Source: an uncultured Candidatus Saccharibacteria bacterium
GTDB lineage: Bacteria > Patescibacteriota > Minisyncoccia > UBA6257
Reading direction: 5' to 3'
DNA length: 64,000 bases
NCBI GenBank assembly: GCA_964618625.1
Contig: CAZUBI010000001.1
Location: 164,781 to 228,780, forward strand
A program made the position numbers and the translations under genes. Positions 1-8,820 of the stretch are shown one piece after another (the stretch's first letter is position 1; each line of letters begins with the position of its first letter). The notes beneath the pieces are model-generated. The model worked only from the letters and a program-made list of their open reading frames with translations. It was not told the DNA's origin and made no database searches.

Positions 1-150
1 TTCTATAATCTTATTCCTTATCCTTTAATTTCTTCTTCATTATTCTTTTAATCGCCATTCTTCTGCCGAACCAAACCCCCAGCATCCCTATGGCGAACAA
101 AAATAAATATTTTACAAAATCATTTTCCATAATTATCATTTTCCATAATT

Positions 151-849
151 TTACGCAATAAACTCTCCACCATCTACTGAATATATTCCACCAGTTACAT
201 AATTTGCTTCATCTGAAGCTAAAAAAGCTGCCACATTTGCAACATCTTCAGGTTTTCCAATTCTTCTCATCGGGTTTAACTCAGCATACTTATGAATCGC
301 TTCATCAGAAGAAAGAACTCTTCTTAACAAGGGAGTATCTATAGGCCCTGGCAATATCACATTTACCCTTACTCCCTCTGCAGCATACTCTTGAGCCATA
401 CATTTAGTAAGCATCACTATTGCTGCTTTAGTTGAACAATAAGCTGGAAATTCTGAATAAGGAATGCTGCCCGCAACTGAAGAAATATTAATAATATTGC
501 CTTTACTTTCTTTAATTAAAGGAAGCGCGTATTTAGAAATTAAATATGCTCCTTTAAAATTTACATCAATAATCTTATCCAATTGTTCTTTTGATGTTTC
601 TTCAACAGATGCTTGAAAAGAGATTCCTGCATTATTAACAACAATATCTAAATGTTTAATTTCCTCAAACGCTTTCTTAATTTGTTCCTCTTTGCTTATA
701 TCAACTTCATAAAAATCAACTTCATAATCTGGTTTTACAATGTCAAAGATTATAACCTTTGCCCCTTCATTTAAAAACCTCTGGGCAATAGCTTTTCCAA
801 TACCATTTGAACCACCAGTTACTAAAGCTACTTTTTTGTCTAATTTCAT
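151..849 (-). CDS. SDR-family short-chain dehydrogenase/reductase
   Basis: 232 aa ORF; TGGSNGIGKA Rossmann motif near N-terminus, NNAG, catalytic Y-x3-K (YCSTK). Confidence 0.85.
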   Translation of the reverse strand: MKLDKKVALVTGGSNGIGKAIAQRFLNEGAKVIIFDIVKPDYEVDFYEVDISKEEQIKKAFEEIKHLDIVVNNAGISFQASVEETSKEQLDKIIDVNFKGAYLISKYALPLIKESKGNIINISSVAGSIPYSEFPAYCSTKAAIVMLTKCMAQEYAAEGVRVNVILPGPIDTPLLRRVLSSDEAIHKYAELNPMRRIGKPEDVANVAAFLASDEANYVTGGIYSVDGGEFIA

Positions 850-888
850 ATTTTTATTTTAATTATTATTTTAAATTTAAAAAATGCC

Positions 889-1890
889 TTAAGTATTTAT
901 AAGATTTATGATTATTCTAATCAAAATATCTTTTTCTTTAGAATCACTTATTGCAACCAAAAGAGCTAAAGCAACTAAAGCATTATCATTTATTTTCTTC
1001 TCACCATTCTTGCGATAGAGATAGTTATTTTTATCTAAGAAATAAACAAACAAAAACGAAGCAATCCGCTTGTTACCATCTACAAATGGATGATCTTTAA
1101 TAGTAAAGTAAAGTAAATGCGCTGCTTTTTCCTCAATAGTTTTATACAATATTTTTCTATCAAATGTCTGGTATAAATTTTTAGCTATACCTTCAAATTT
1201 ACCTTCTGTCTCAACGCCAAAAAAACCACTGGCCTTTTTTTCTGCTATCAAATTCTTCCTTAATATAACAATGATATTCTTACAACTATTATATTCTAAA
1301 ACAAATTTCGCTTCTTTGCCTTTAGGCTTTTTTACTTTCCTTTTATCATACTGACTTAAAATACTAAGTGTTTTGGCGTAATTACCAAGTAAATCTAATA
1401 TCTCTTTTTCCTGACCTTTAAGCGTTTTCTTGCTTGATTTCTCCCGTAGAAAAGCAATAGCGCTTTGTAATTCATTAAACTTAGACCGAGTTTCTAATAG
1501 ACGTCTCTGATTAATGGTATAGCCATCAAAAATATGTTGTTTTAAAACCCTTGTTGCCCAAATTCTAAACTGTGTCGCTCTTTTAGAATTCACTCTGTAG
1601 CCAACAGAAATAATCATATCAAGATTATATTGATTCATTTGTCGAACTTTTCCATCGGCAGCAACCTGTGCAAAAATTGCACAGGTTGATTTTTCAAACA
1701 ATTCGCCACTTTTGTAAATATTGTGAATATGTTTTACAATCACGGTTCTATCAATATCAAAAATCTGCGCTATTTGATGCGCATTAAGCCAAATTGTTTC
1801 TTTCTCCAATTTAACTTTTACTTCAACTTCACCGCCTTTAGGCCGATAAATAACAATCTCACCTTTACTAATATCCTTTCCTTTTTTCAT
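889..1890 (-). CDS. RhuM/Fic (Fido) family protein
   Basis: 333 aa; C-terminal Fic motif HPFVDGNKRIAS; N-terminal IWLNAHQIAQIF..NIYKSGEL resembles RhuM-type proteins. Confidence 0.7.
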   Translation of the reverse strand: MKKGKDISKGEIVIYRPKGGEVEVKVKLEKETIWLNAHQIAQIFDIDRTVIVKHIHNIYKSGELFEKSTCAIFAQVAADGKVRQMNQYNLDMIISVGYRVNSKRATQFRIWATRVLKQHIFDGYTINQRRLLETRSKFNELQSAIAFLREKSSKKTLKGQEKEILDLLGNYAKTLSILSQYDKRKVKKPKGKEAKFVLEYNSCKNIIVILRKNLIAEKKASGFFGVETEGKFEGIAKNLYQTFDRKILYKTIEEKAAHLLYFTIKDHPFVDGNKRIASFLFVYFLDKNNYLYRKNGEKKINDNALVALALLVAISDSKEKDILIRIIINLINT

Positions 1891-1897
1891 AAAATTA

Positions 1898-2194
1898 TTA
1901 TACTACTTTTTTATTCTTTCCAAAAACTATTCTCAATTCTTTTTTGGCTTGTTCCAAAATCTTGCGTTGTTTTATATCAAGGTTTTTACCAGTACGATTA
2001 ATATAAAAATTGAGCATTGACATTGCTGATTGAAATGAAAAAGCTTTTCGTCTCTTACTTTCTTCAGCCGATCTTTTAAGCGATTGAGCAATACGTTTTG
2101 GATTCTTCCAAGTAAAAACACCTTCCTCTAAATCCAGAGCATTGCTCTTTAAAGTAACTTCTTTGGACCAATATTTTTCAGATTTTCCTGCCAT
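1898..2194 (-). CDS. small conserved hypothetical protein (DUF3175-like impression)
   Basis: 98 aa ORF tightly packed between neighbours; YWSKEVT..ALDLEEGVFT..SAMSMLNFYINR pattern recalled from the DUF3175 family, unverified. Confidence 0.5.
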   Translation of the reverse strand: MAGKSEKYWSKEVTLKSNALDLEEGVFTWKNPKRIAQSLKRSAEESKRRKAFSFQSAMSMLNFYINRTGKNLDIKQRKILEQAKKELRIVFGKNKKVV

Positions 2195-2199
2195 AAAAT

Positions 2200-2421
2200 T
2201 TAAAGCCCTTCTTTCTGGAACTTTTCTTCCTGTGTAGAATCTAATTTTCTAATTATCTTAATTAATTCAGCTACATGCTCTTTTTCATCATCTCTAATAT
2301 GACCTAATACTTTTTTAGCTTCATCATCGTCTATATCGTCAATATGCTCCTGATATTGATTAATAGCCCCTAATTCACCGACTAAATCTTCCCTTAAAGC
2401 TTTCAATGTTTTATTATCCAT
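2200..2421 (-). CDS. small acidic hypothetical protein (possibly ferritin-like)
   Basis: 73 aa ORF, 5 bp from the downstream gene; acidic helical sequence; no firm family call. Confidence 0.45.
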   Translation of the reverse strand: MDNKTLKALREDLVGELGAINQYQEHIDDIDDDEAKKVLGHIRDDEKEHVAELIKIIRKLDSTQEEKFQKEGL

Positions 2422-2428
2422 ATTTTTA

Positions 2429-2662
2429 TTATTTAACTTGTCCTGAGTTTATCGAAGGATTAATTTTCGACCTTTTTTGGTCTTTAATAAACATTTCAAA
2501 GGAACGATCAAAAGTTTTTTCTGCTTCTTTTGAAAAACAACAAGCCAGCAATTCATTATGCGCCAAATGATATTTTATACATTCACAACAAATACCCTTT
2601 CTTGGACAATCAGGATAAGTACAAGGACATATTTTTAAATTTTCTTCTTTTTGACATTCCAT
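2429..2662 (-). CDS. cysteine-rich small protein
   Basis: 77 aa, multiple CxC/CxxC; the C-terminal ~12 codons and the stop codon are supplied by the long-variant junction repeat. Confidence 0.5.
   Translation of the reverse strand: MECQKEENLKICPCTYPDCPRKGICCECIKYHLAHNELLACCFSKEAEKTFDRSFEMFIKDQKRSKINPSINSGQVK
2435..2482. repeat. junction repeat, long variant
   Basis: AACTTGTCCTGAGTTTATCGAAGGATTAATTTTCGACCTTTTTTGGTC. Confidence 0.8.
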
Positions 2663-2710
2663 AATAAATTCTCAATTTCTTCCTCTATAATATTTTAGCA
2701 TAAAACCTTT

Positions 2711-3775
2711 TTATTCTAAAAATTCATCTACTGCTTTAATAAACTTCAAAGGATCAACGCTCGCGCCATTTACTTTTATAGAAAGATGTAAATGAGGACC
2801 TAATGACCAACCAGTATTTCCAACAAGCCCAATTAATTCTCCTCTTTCTATCATTTTTCCTTCTGAAACTTTAAATTGAGAAAGATGTAAATATAAAGAA
2901 TAGATTCCTAAACCATGATCTATAATTATCGTATTTCCATAAACTGTTAATTCTTGAACAAGAGCTACTTTACCATTATTAATCGCATAAATTGGCGTTC
3001 CCACAATAACATCCAAATCCACTCCCAAATGCTGAATTGTAACATCTCCGTCTTTTCTAATGTTCCCAAAAGCTCCAACATCTATTATTTCCCCAAGTGG
3101 ATAAATAAATTTCTGGTTAAAATATGCTATAGGATTATATTTTCCTAAAACCTCATAAATGATAACTCCGTCTTTGGTGGCAATGGTTTTTGATATATTT
3201 GATGAAGTTAGGCCTTTTTCTTCCAATTCTGGCGTTATTACAATTTTAGTTATATAAAAATCCTTCTTTTTTACTGTTATTGTTTCTTCAATTTTTGATT
3301 CGCCAGAAAGAAAAATTGATAAAGAATACCCTCTAGGAGTTTTTTTTGCATCAATTCCCAGAAGAGCTATCCATTTTCCTTCTGATTCAGTTGGGAAAAA
3401 ATCAAATGATTTGTTATTAAATTTTCCAGTAATCTTTTCTTCTTCGGAAACATTTTCTGCCGTAATAATTAATGTATCTCCCTGCTCAAGCTCAGTAACT
3501 GATAATAAAACCGCAAAAGAAGATTTTATTAATTCTGTAGTAGTAGCAGTAGTTGTTGTAATAGTTGTGGTTACAGTAGTAGCTGCAGTAATGGTTGTAG
3601 TTGTTATTGAATCTTCATTAATAGTTATTTTTGCACTTAGTTTTTCTTCTGGCTGAATATTTTCAAACGACCATTTAGATGACAATTGTGAAATAAAAAA
3701 GATAATTCCTGCCAAAATCAAAAAAAACAAAAAGATTAATGTCTTTGCTGAATTTTTTCTTACAAATAAACCCAT
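2711..3775 (-). CDS. membrane-anchored M23 (LytM-type) metallopeptidase
   Basis: 354 aa; N-terminal TM helix, Thr-rich linker (TTTTITAATTVTTTITTTTATTT), HxxxD (HLGVDLD) and HxH (HLHLS) M23 motifs. Confidence 0.85.
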   Translation of the reverse strand: MGLFVRKNSAKTLIFLFFLILAGIIFFISQLSSKWSFENIQPEEKLSAKITINEDSITTTTITAATTVTTTITTTTATTTELIKSSFAVLLSVTELEQGDTLIITAENVSEEEKITGKFNNKSFDFFPTESEGKWIALLGIDAKKTPRGYSLSIFLSGESKIEETITVKKKDFYITKIVITPELEEKGLTSSNISKTIATKDGVIIYEVLGKYNPIAYFNQKFIYPLGEIIDVGAFGNIRKDGDVTIQHLGVDLDVIVGTPIYAINNGKVALVQELTVYGNTIIIDHGLGIYSLYLHLSQFKVSEGKMIERGELIGLVGNTGWSLGPHLHLSIKVNGASVDPLKFIKAVDEFLE

Positions 3776-3783
3776 TTTTTAAT

Positions 3784-3807
3784 TTTCAATTAATTTTTTA
3801 CCTTTTT
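3784..3807. repeat. junction repeat, short variant
   Basis: TTTTCAATTAATTTTTTACCTTTT. Confidence 0.7.
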
Positions 3808-3867
3808 ATAAAATTCGGTTTATTAAAATAATGAAAAACGCCCCATTGGGACGCTTTTCATTTTTCT

Positions 3868-4149
3868 TTATTCAGCTTTTCTTTTACCTTCTTCATATTT
3901 TCTCCAAGCACTAGCTACAGCCGGTTCAACTCTATCCAACTCACTAAGAATAATCTCTCTAATTTCACTTGCAGCTATTTCCTCTCTATTTTCAATCATA
4001 GGAATTACTGAGGATGCAACTTGCTCTGCTACTTCACTTTTTCTCTCTTCTGGGATATCAGCCTGTCGAGCAGCACCAGCAATTGATTTTTTAATTTTTT
4101 CAGGATCAAATGGTTCTTTTGTCCCATTTTTTTTGATAACTTGAGCCAT
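3868..4149 (-). CDS. ATP-cone domain protein
   Basis: 93 aa; MAQVIKKNGTKEPFDPEKIKKSI matches the ATP-cone N-terminal consensus; a hairpin plus T-run follows the stop. Confidence 0.65.
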   Translation of the reverse strand: MAQVIKKNGTKEPFDPEKIKKSIAGAARQADIPEERKSEVAEQVASSVIPMIENREEIAASEIREIILSELDRVEPAVASAWRKYEEGKRKAE

Positions 4150-4391
4150 AATTTATTAAGAATTATCTATTAATTAATGTTAACGACCTTTGTTCCACTA
4201 TTTTAATTATACCAGATTTTCAAAAAAACTAATATATTAGTAAATCCAGATATCATTTTTCACTCAATCAATTTCTAATTTTTTATAAACTTGACCTTCG
4301 TAATAGTTTATGGTATCATTTTATACAAATAGCATATTGAAATCTTAAAACAAAATCTGATAAAAAGAGAAAAAAGAGGGGGTAAAAGAAG

Positions 4392-4598
4392 ATGCGAAAG
4401 ATACCAAAAAGGATTCGCAGATGCAAGTATTGTGGCTATAAAACCCATCATGCACTTTGGAAAGATAAAGTGTGCCCAATTTGCGAATCCGCCGAGGGTT
4501 ACTCAGAGAGTACCCACGGTGGACTAAATACAATTGAAATAGAGATTGAAAAACAGAAAGTTCTTTCAACAATTCAAAAGCGACAAGGGGGGCAGTAG
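4392..4598 (+). CDS. small zinc-ribbon protein
   Basis: 68 aa; CKYCGYK..CPICES two Cx2C pairs; SD-like GAGGGGGT 8 nt upstream; TTGACC-17-TATCAT promoter-like sequence ~70 nt upstream. Confidence 0.55.
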   Translation: MRKIPKRIRRCKYCGYKTHHALWKDKVCPICESAEGYSESTHGGLNTIEIEIEKQKVLSTIQKRQGGQ

Positions 4599-4713
4599 TT
4601 AGTTCTCCGGCTCTCCTTGTCCTTACTTTCGTAGCCCGGAAAGCCCCAATACCTGACAATTAGATCTTGACAAAATTTTATCAATTCTTATAAAAAATAG
4701 GAGGTAGAAATTA

Positions 4714-4950
4714 ATGAAAGAATTTTTTCCTTTTAAAATCGAGAAAATTTTTTCTCGTATATTAGCGCTGCTAGGAATCCTACTCGTAATCTCTATTGTA
4801 ACATCTGTTATCTGCTTGATTATCATTATGTTTTCTCCAATAGAAAGATTAGCGGTCAAAAATATTGGTATAATGAGCTCAGATTCTACTATATATTTGC
4901 TCATAGCAATATTTACCATCTTTATAGTAGTTTATCATGAAAAGAAATAA
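4714..4950 (+). CDS. small membrane protein
   Basis: 78 aa, two predicted TM helices; strong SD AGGAGGT upstream; followed by a perfect hairpin (4968-4991) and a T-run. Confidence 0.55.
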   Translation: MKEFFPFKIEKIFSRILALLGILLVISIVTSVICLIIIMFSPIERLAVKNIGIMSSDSTIYLLIAIFTIFIVVYHEKK

Positions 4951-4967
4951 TAAATCTCACTATCACC

Positions 4968-5000
4968 GCCCAAGGATAAGCTTATCCTTGGGCATTTTAT
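4968..5000. terminator. bidirectional intrinsic terminator hairpin
   Basis: CCCAAGGATAAGCTTATCCTTGGG perfect palindrome followed by a T-rich run; lies between convergent genes at 4714-4950 (+) and 5017-5472 (-). Confidence 0.6.
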
Positions 5001-5020
5001 TTCTCAATTAATTTTTCTAC
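5001..5020. repeat. junction repeat (CTAC subtype)
   Basis: TTCTCAATTAATTTTTCTAC; supplies the TAG stop of 5017-5472. Confidence 0.8.
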
Positions 5021-5472
5021 AATGATATTTTTTCTAAAACTTTCTCAAACCCCGGCAGTAATTTCAACTTTTTTGCGTCCCTCAATCTAATCCATTTATA
5101 ATCTTTTGCTTCCCAATTCAGTTTCACCTTATCTGTTCTTACCTTAACCAACACTGGATGAACAATCCATGTCTTCTTATATCGGAGCGCTTCCTGATGA
5201 AAAATCTCGCCCATACAAATGCTTTTTATTTCTTTTCCGCCAATACCTAGCTCTTCCTTTAATTCCTCTTTTACTTTTTGCTTAAGAGTTTTTTTATCAT
5301 CTAAAAATCCAGAAATGCCATTCCAATAACTCGGATAAAAAGCCAAATTTTCGCTTCGTTGAACAACTAATACTTTTCCCTTGTAATTCAAAACACAATT
5401 TATTACTGGCACCCAATGCACTTCAGTATAATCAATTTGCCCTGGTTTTGGTTTAAATTTAATCTTTTTCAT
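5017..5472 (-). CDS. NUDIX hydrolase
   Basis: 151 aa; Nudix box GISGFLDDKKTLKQKVKEELKEELGI (G-x5-E-x7-REUxEExGU pattern); identical protein to 9372-9827. Confidence 0.85.
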   Translation of the reverse strand: MKKIKFKPKPGQIDYTEVHWVPVINCVLNYKGKVLVVQRSENLAFYPSYWNGISGFLDDKKTLKQKVKEELKEELGIGGKEIKSICMGEIFHQEALRYKKTWIVHPVLVKVRTDKVKLNWEAKDYKWIRLRDAKKLKLLPGFEKVLEKISL

Positions 5473-5506
5473 ATTATTAACACAATAAAACTATAATAAA
5501 TTTTAT

Positions 5507-5530
5507 TTCTCAATTAATTTTTGACGTTTT
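5507..5530. repeat. junction repeat
   Basis: TTCTCAATTAATTTTTGACGTTTT. Confidence 0.8.
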
Positions 5531-5566
5531 TTGAATTAACGAGGTCTGACCTCCAAACTCATGTCC

Positions 5567-6163
5567 TTAAATGAGTTTATGGGCTTCAAGAAAATTCCTT
5601 ACTTTTTGAAAAATTTTATTATGGCCCTTCGCATTTGGATGAAGGCCATCTTCAAAATCGCTATTTTCCAGAAGACCTAATATATCCAGAAACAAAACAC
5701 TGTTTTCTTTGCACACTTTTCGTATTATCTCGTTATAAGTCTTGATGTCTTTGTTTGTGTAATAAATATTCCGCCAAGGCACAGGCATTGTTTTCGATTC
5801 ATCGCAATTTTTAAAACCAATGAAGATAATATTATCGGTAATTCCATGCGCTCTTTTGATAATTTTTTCTAAATTCGCCTTGAACTCACTATGTAACACT
5901 TGGTGATTGCCTTCAGTATGCTCATAGGCGGCATCATTTCCGCCTGTTTGGAAAATCAAAACATCGGCTTCTCTTATCTTTGCTTCTGATTCAAACCGAG
6001 CAAGAATTGTTTTGGTTGTGCCATCAGAGATACTAAGATTGTAAACTTCGTTATCAGTATCTTTTTCTGCCAAGTGCAACCAAAGACGATTTACCCAACC
6101 GCCTTTTTCTATATCCCATGCACCCCAAGCGGTGCTAGTGCCAAAAATACAAAATGTATGCAT
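5567..6163 (-). CDS. SGNH/GDSL-family hydrolase
   Basis: 198 aa; N-terminal GTSTAWG block, GGNDAAY block and DGLHPN (DxxH) catalytic block. Confidence 0.8.
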   Translation of the reverse strand: MHTFCIFGTSTAWGAWDIEKGGWVNRLWLHLAEKDTDNEVYNLSISDGTTKTILARFESEAKIREADVLIFQTGGNDAAYEHTEGNHQVLHSEFKANLEKIIKRAHGITDNIIFIGFKNCDESKTMPVPWRNIYYTNKDIKTYNEIIRKVCKENSVLFLDILGLLENSDFEDGLHPNAKGHNKIFQKVRNFLEAHKLI

Positions 6164-6166
6164 ATA

Positions 6167-6194
6167 ATTTTCAATTAATTTTTGAGGTTTTGGT
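6167..6194. repeat. junction repeat
   Basis: TTTTCAATTAATTTTTGAGGTTTTGGTT; abuts the start codon of 5567-6163. Confidence 0.8.
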
Positions 6195-6256
6195 TTTTAA
6201 GCCAGATGGCTTGAATTAGATGCTTGGAGGTTGAACCTCCAAGCATCTATTGTCTT

Positions 6257-6481
6257 CTACCTTTCAGAACCACCTAGACAAAATGCACAATTGTCATAAC
6301 CTTCATTTTTTGCTTGTTCTAAAGTATCGGGATCAAAAACCACTGCATTACCAGCTTCTATAATTTCATTAATTTGGCATTGCTCCTTTTCATTTTTAAG
6401 ATCGTGAACCTCCATATGACCAGAACTACTATTTCCTAAATATTTTTTATCAATCGGGCGACTACTAATTGGAATTGCCAT
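6257..6481 (-). CDS. hypothetical small protein
   Basis: 74 aa ORF in cassette-like spacing; C-terminal CAFCLGG; no family call. Confidence 0.45.
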   Translation of the reverse strand: MAIPISSRPIDKKYLGNSSSGHMEVHDLKNEKEQCQINEIIEAGNAVVFDPDTLEQAKNEGYDNCAFCLGGSER

Positions 6482-6506
6482 AATCTTATTTTTTATTTTT
6501 ATTTTA

Positions 6507-6570
6507 TTATTTTCGACCTTTTGAATTATTTTTCAATTAATTTTTGACCTTTTAGTTATTTCTCGACTTT
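6507..6570. repeat. junction repeat (one full copy flanked by two partial copies)
   Basis: TTATTTTCGACCTTTTGAATT + TTTTTCAATTAATTTTTGACCTTTTAGTT + ATTTCTCGAC. Confidence 0.75.
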
Positions 6571-7167
6571 AAACGGTTTTCCGTGGCCAGGAATTATATA
6601 ATCTGCAAATGCTAAAACTTTCTTTCTGCTATTTACTAAATCTTCTTCATTTTTTACATAAGGGTCTTGCAACTCTATTAGACTTCCTTTATCGGTTTTC
6701 TGTTCCTGGCTATCTTCCCACCAAAAAACATCGCCAGCTATTGCCACCTTTCCAAGATTCTCATCTTGAACTAAAACAGAGCAATGGAACATATCGTGCC
6801 CAGGGGTTTTAATTATTTCAATATCAGTTCCAGGAATTTTACCTCCATGTGATTCTATTTTTCCATCCCAGGAATAAATGTCCTCATTATCCAAAATTTT
6901 TGCCTTTTCAAAAACTCCAGCTAAAAGTGAATGGTCTAAATGATAATGCGTAAGAATTACGTAATTAATTTTATCTGGAGATAAATTTTCTTTTCTTAAA
7001 GCCTCTAATAATAGCTCCCTATTCGTTCCAGGGTCAACAATGATCTTTAAATCTACTTCTTGAATTAAAGTAGTTGATGATGAAGCAAATTCAGCACCGT
7101 CTTTTTCTCTTGCATAACCTTCAATTAAAATTTTAACTTTCGCCATAGTTTTATTTTTATTTCTCAA
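6556..7167 (-). CDS. MBL-fold metallo-hydrolase
   Basis: 203 aa; THYHLDH (HxHxDH) metallo-beta-lactamase motif. Confidence 0.85.
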   Translation of the reverse strand: MRNKNKTMAKVKILIEGYAREKDGAEFASSSTTLIQEVDLKIIVDPGTNRELLLEALRKENLSPDKINYVILTHYHLDHSLLAGVFEKAKILDNEDIYSWDGKIESHGGKIPGTDIEIIKTPGHDMFHCSVLVQDENLGKVAIAGDVFWWEDSQEQKTDKGSLIELQDPYVKNEEDLVNSRKKVLAFADYIIPGHGKPFKVEK

Positions 7168-7190
7168 TTAATTTTTGATGTTTTGGTTGG
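7161..7190. repeat. junction repeat
   Basis: TTCTCAATTAATTTTTGATGTTTTGGTTGG. Confidence 0.8.
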
Positions 7191-7286
7191 ATTTTAGTTT
7201 GTGGATAAATGGGCTTGACAACAGGTGTATTCTTGATACAATTTAACTAGAATACACATGAAAAACACCTCTATGGGTTTCGTCCC

Positions 7287-7787
7287 TTAGCGGTGTTTTT
7301 CTTTATACTCGAGTTTTTTTCTTAAATTAGCCATAAAAAATATCTTTTCTTTAGCTGTCTTTTTTAATAAAACCGAGCAAGTCCTGATATATGGGCTTAT
7401 CACACAATTAAGCTTATTGTTTTTGTATAAATGTTTAACTAAAGAATAAAAATCTCCGTCGCTTGTAACAATTACGGCTTTATCATATTTCTTATAATCA
7501 ACCATTACTTGTAAAACTAAATCCGCGTCCACATTGCCTTTAACTTCCCCGTTTTTATCGGGTAGTGTTGGTTTAAAAATTAGAACATAACCATCCCTTT
7601 GTAATGAAGAATACAAATCTTGGTTAGCCGGAATATAACCAATAAATAGATAAACTGTTGACACTTTATACTTTTCCTTTAAATAAATTCTAAATCTTCG
7701 ATAATCCAATTTCCAACCCAAACTTTGAATTCCTAAGTTAAGATTTTGACTATCAATAAAAGCAAAATTGTTTTCTTGTTTCTTCAT
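7287..7787 (-). CDS. NYN-domain (LabA-like) protein
   Basis: 166 aa; FAFIDSQNL, VDADLVLQ and VIVTSDGDF acidic blocks typical of NYN/LabA nucleases. Confidence 0.7.
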   Translation of the reverse strand: MKKQENNFAFIDSQNLNLGIQSLGWKLDYRRFRIYLKEKYKVSTVYLFIGYIPANQDLYSSLQRDGYVLIFKPTLPDKNGEVKGNVDADLVLQVMVDYKKYDKAVIVTSDGDFYSLVKHLYKNNKLNCVISPYIRTCSVLLKKTAKEKIFFMANLRKKLEYKEKHR

Positions 7788-7941
7788 AAGTTTTATTTAC
7801 GAGATTCGACCTCATAATACCTACTTATTAACATTTTAACATAAAATGCTAATTTATAATAAAATCCCCAAAAATTTGGGGATTTTAACTTTTTATTTTA
7901 ATAAAACATAAGCACTCAAGGAGAACTGTTCTCCTTTATTC

Positions 7942-8385
7942 TTAATTCTTTTTAAACCAACTAATAGCTTCGTCTATCATTGAGCGATAATCTTCTATTT
8001 TAACATAATTGAAAAATTCATCTGATGGTATAAATTTTCTTTCCTTCACTGTCCCTGAATCAGGATCAATTGTGCGTGGTTTTTTCTTGTCCAATAAAGC
8101 AGCAAATCTAAGCTGATAAATGGTAGGTTTATCTGAAATAACTTCATAATATCCAATCATTATATTTTCACCAATAATTACATCAGCCTCTTCCTCAAGC
8201 TCACGTTTTAATGTTTGCTCTGGCGTTTCATTATTTTCTGGCTTTCCTCCTGGAATATTCCAACTTCCATTCGAGTGACGAATAATTAAAATATTTCCTC
8301 CATTATCAAAACATATACCATATACTTGAGTAATTGGTTTTAAAGAAAAATGATCTGTAGTTTTATGCCAAATAAATTTCTTCAT
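7942..8385 (-). CDS. NUDIX hydrolase
   Basis: 147 aa; Nudix box PGGKPENNETPEQTLKRELEEEADV. Confidence 0.8.
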   Translation of the reverse strand: MKKFIWHKTTDHFSLKPITQVYGICFDNGGNILIIRHSNGSWNIPGGKPENNETPEQTLKRELEEEADVIIGENIMIGYYEVISDKPTIYQLRFAALLDKKKPRTIDPDSGTVKERKFIPSDEFFNYVKIEDYRSMIDEAISWFKKN

Positions 8386-8400
8386 TTGTATTTTAAATTC

Positions 8401-8796
8401 TTACTTCCCAGTTAATTTTTGACCTTTTCGTTTACCAAAATCTGGACCAGAAATGAAATATAAACCAAGTGCAATACCCAAATAATAATGAATTCTACCA
8501 CCTTCTATTATAATCAGCGCTAAATTAACTATTACCATTAAAATTCCAATGATCAGAAAGCCCTTTTTGATTTTAGCGGTCGTTATATACCTGCGATATC
8601 TAGCACCAAGAAACATAGACATTGGCAAAACTACTATAAGCATTCCTACAGCAATAAGAACCGCCTTAACAGGTATTCGCCCACCATACGCAATAAAAAC
8701 AAGAAATAAACCAAATGCAGCCGCTGCCGCCGTATTTACTAAAATCTTTTTGATAAGAAGCTTATTATCAATTTTTGGTAGTTGATTATTTTCCAT
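8401..8796 (-). CDS. integral membrane protein
   Basis: 131 aa, 3-4 hydrophobic helices; last codons (GQKLTGK*) are read from the junction repeat. Confidence 0.55.
   Translation of the reverse strand: MENNQLPKIDNKLLIKKILVNTAAAAAFGLFLVFIAYGGRIPVKAVLIAVGMLIVVLPMSMFLGARYRRYITTAKIKKGFLIIGILMVIVNLALIIIEGGRIHYYLGIALGLYFISGPDFGKRKGQKLTGK
8407..8430. repeat. junction repeat (inside the ORF 3' end)
   Basis: CCCAGTTAATTTTTGACCTTTTCG. Confidence 0.7.
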
Positions 8797-8798
8797 AT

Positions 8799-8820
8799 TT
8801 TTTTCAATTAATTTTTGAAA
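8799..8820. repeat. junction repeat
   Basis: TTTTTTCAATTAATTTTTGAAA. Confidence 0.75.

Noticed and set aside
100-140. Tandem 16-bp repeat ATTATCATTTTCCATA x2 at the window start with a 39-aa membrane-peptide ORF on the minus strand
   Set aside because: It lies at the window edge and is below the ORF-track length cutoff. It cannot be judged without upstream context.
1723-3656. Plus-strand ORFs (1723-2001, 2954-3148, 3411-3656) antisense to the Fic and M23 genes
   Set aside because: They lie entirely inside well-supported minus-strand genes. They are low-complexity translations of AT-rich antisense sequence.
4345-4659. 104-aa minus-strand ORF in the six-frame track
   Set aside because: It overlaps the zinc-ribbon ORF, which is better supported by an SD and a promoter, and has no SD or recognisable features of its own. 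Likely spurious.
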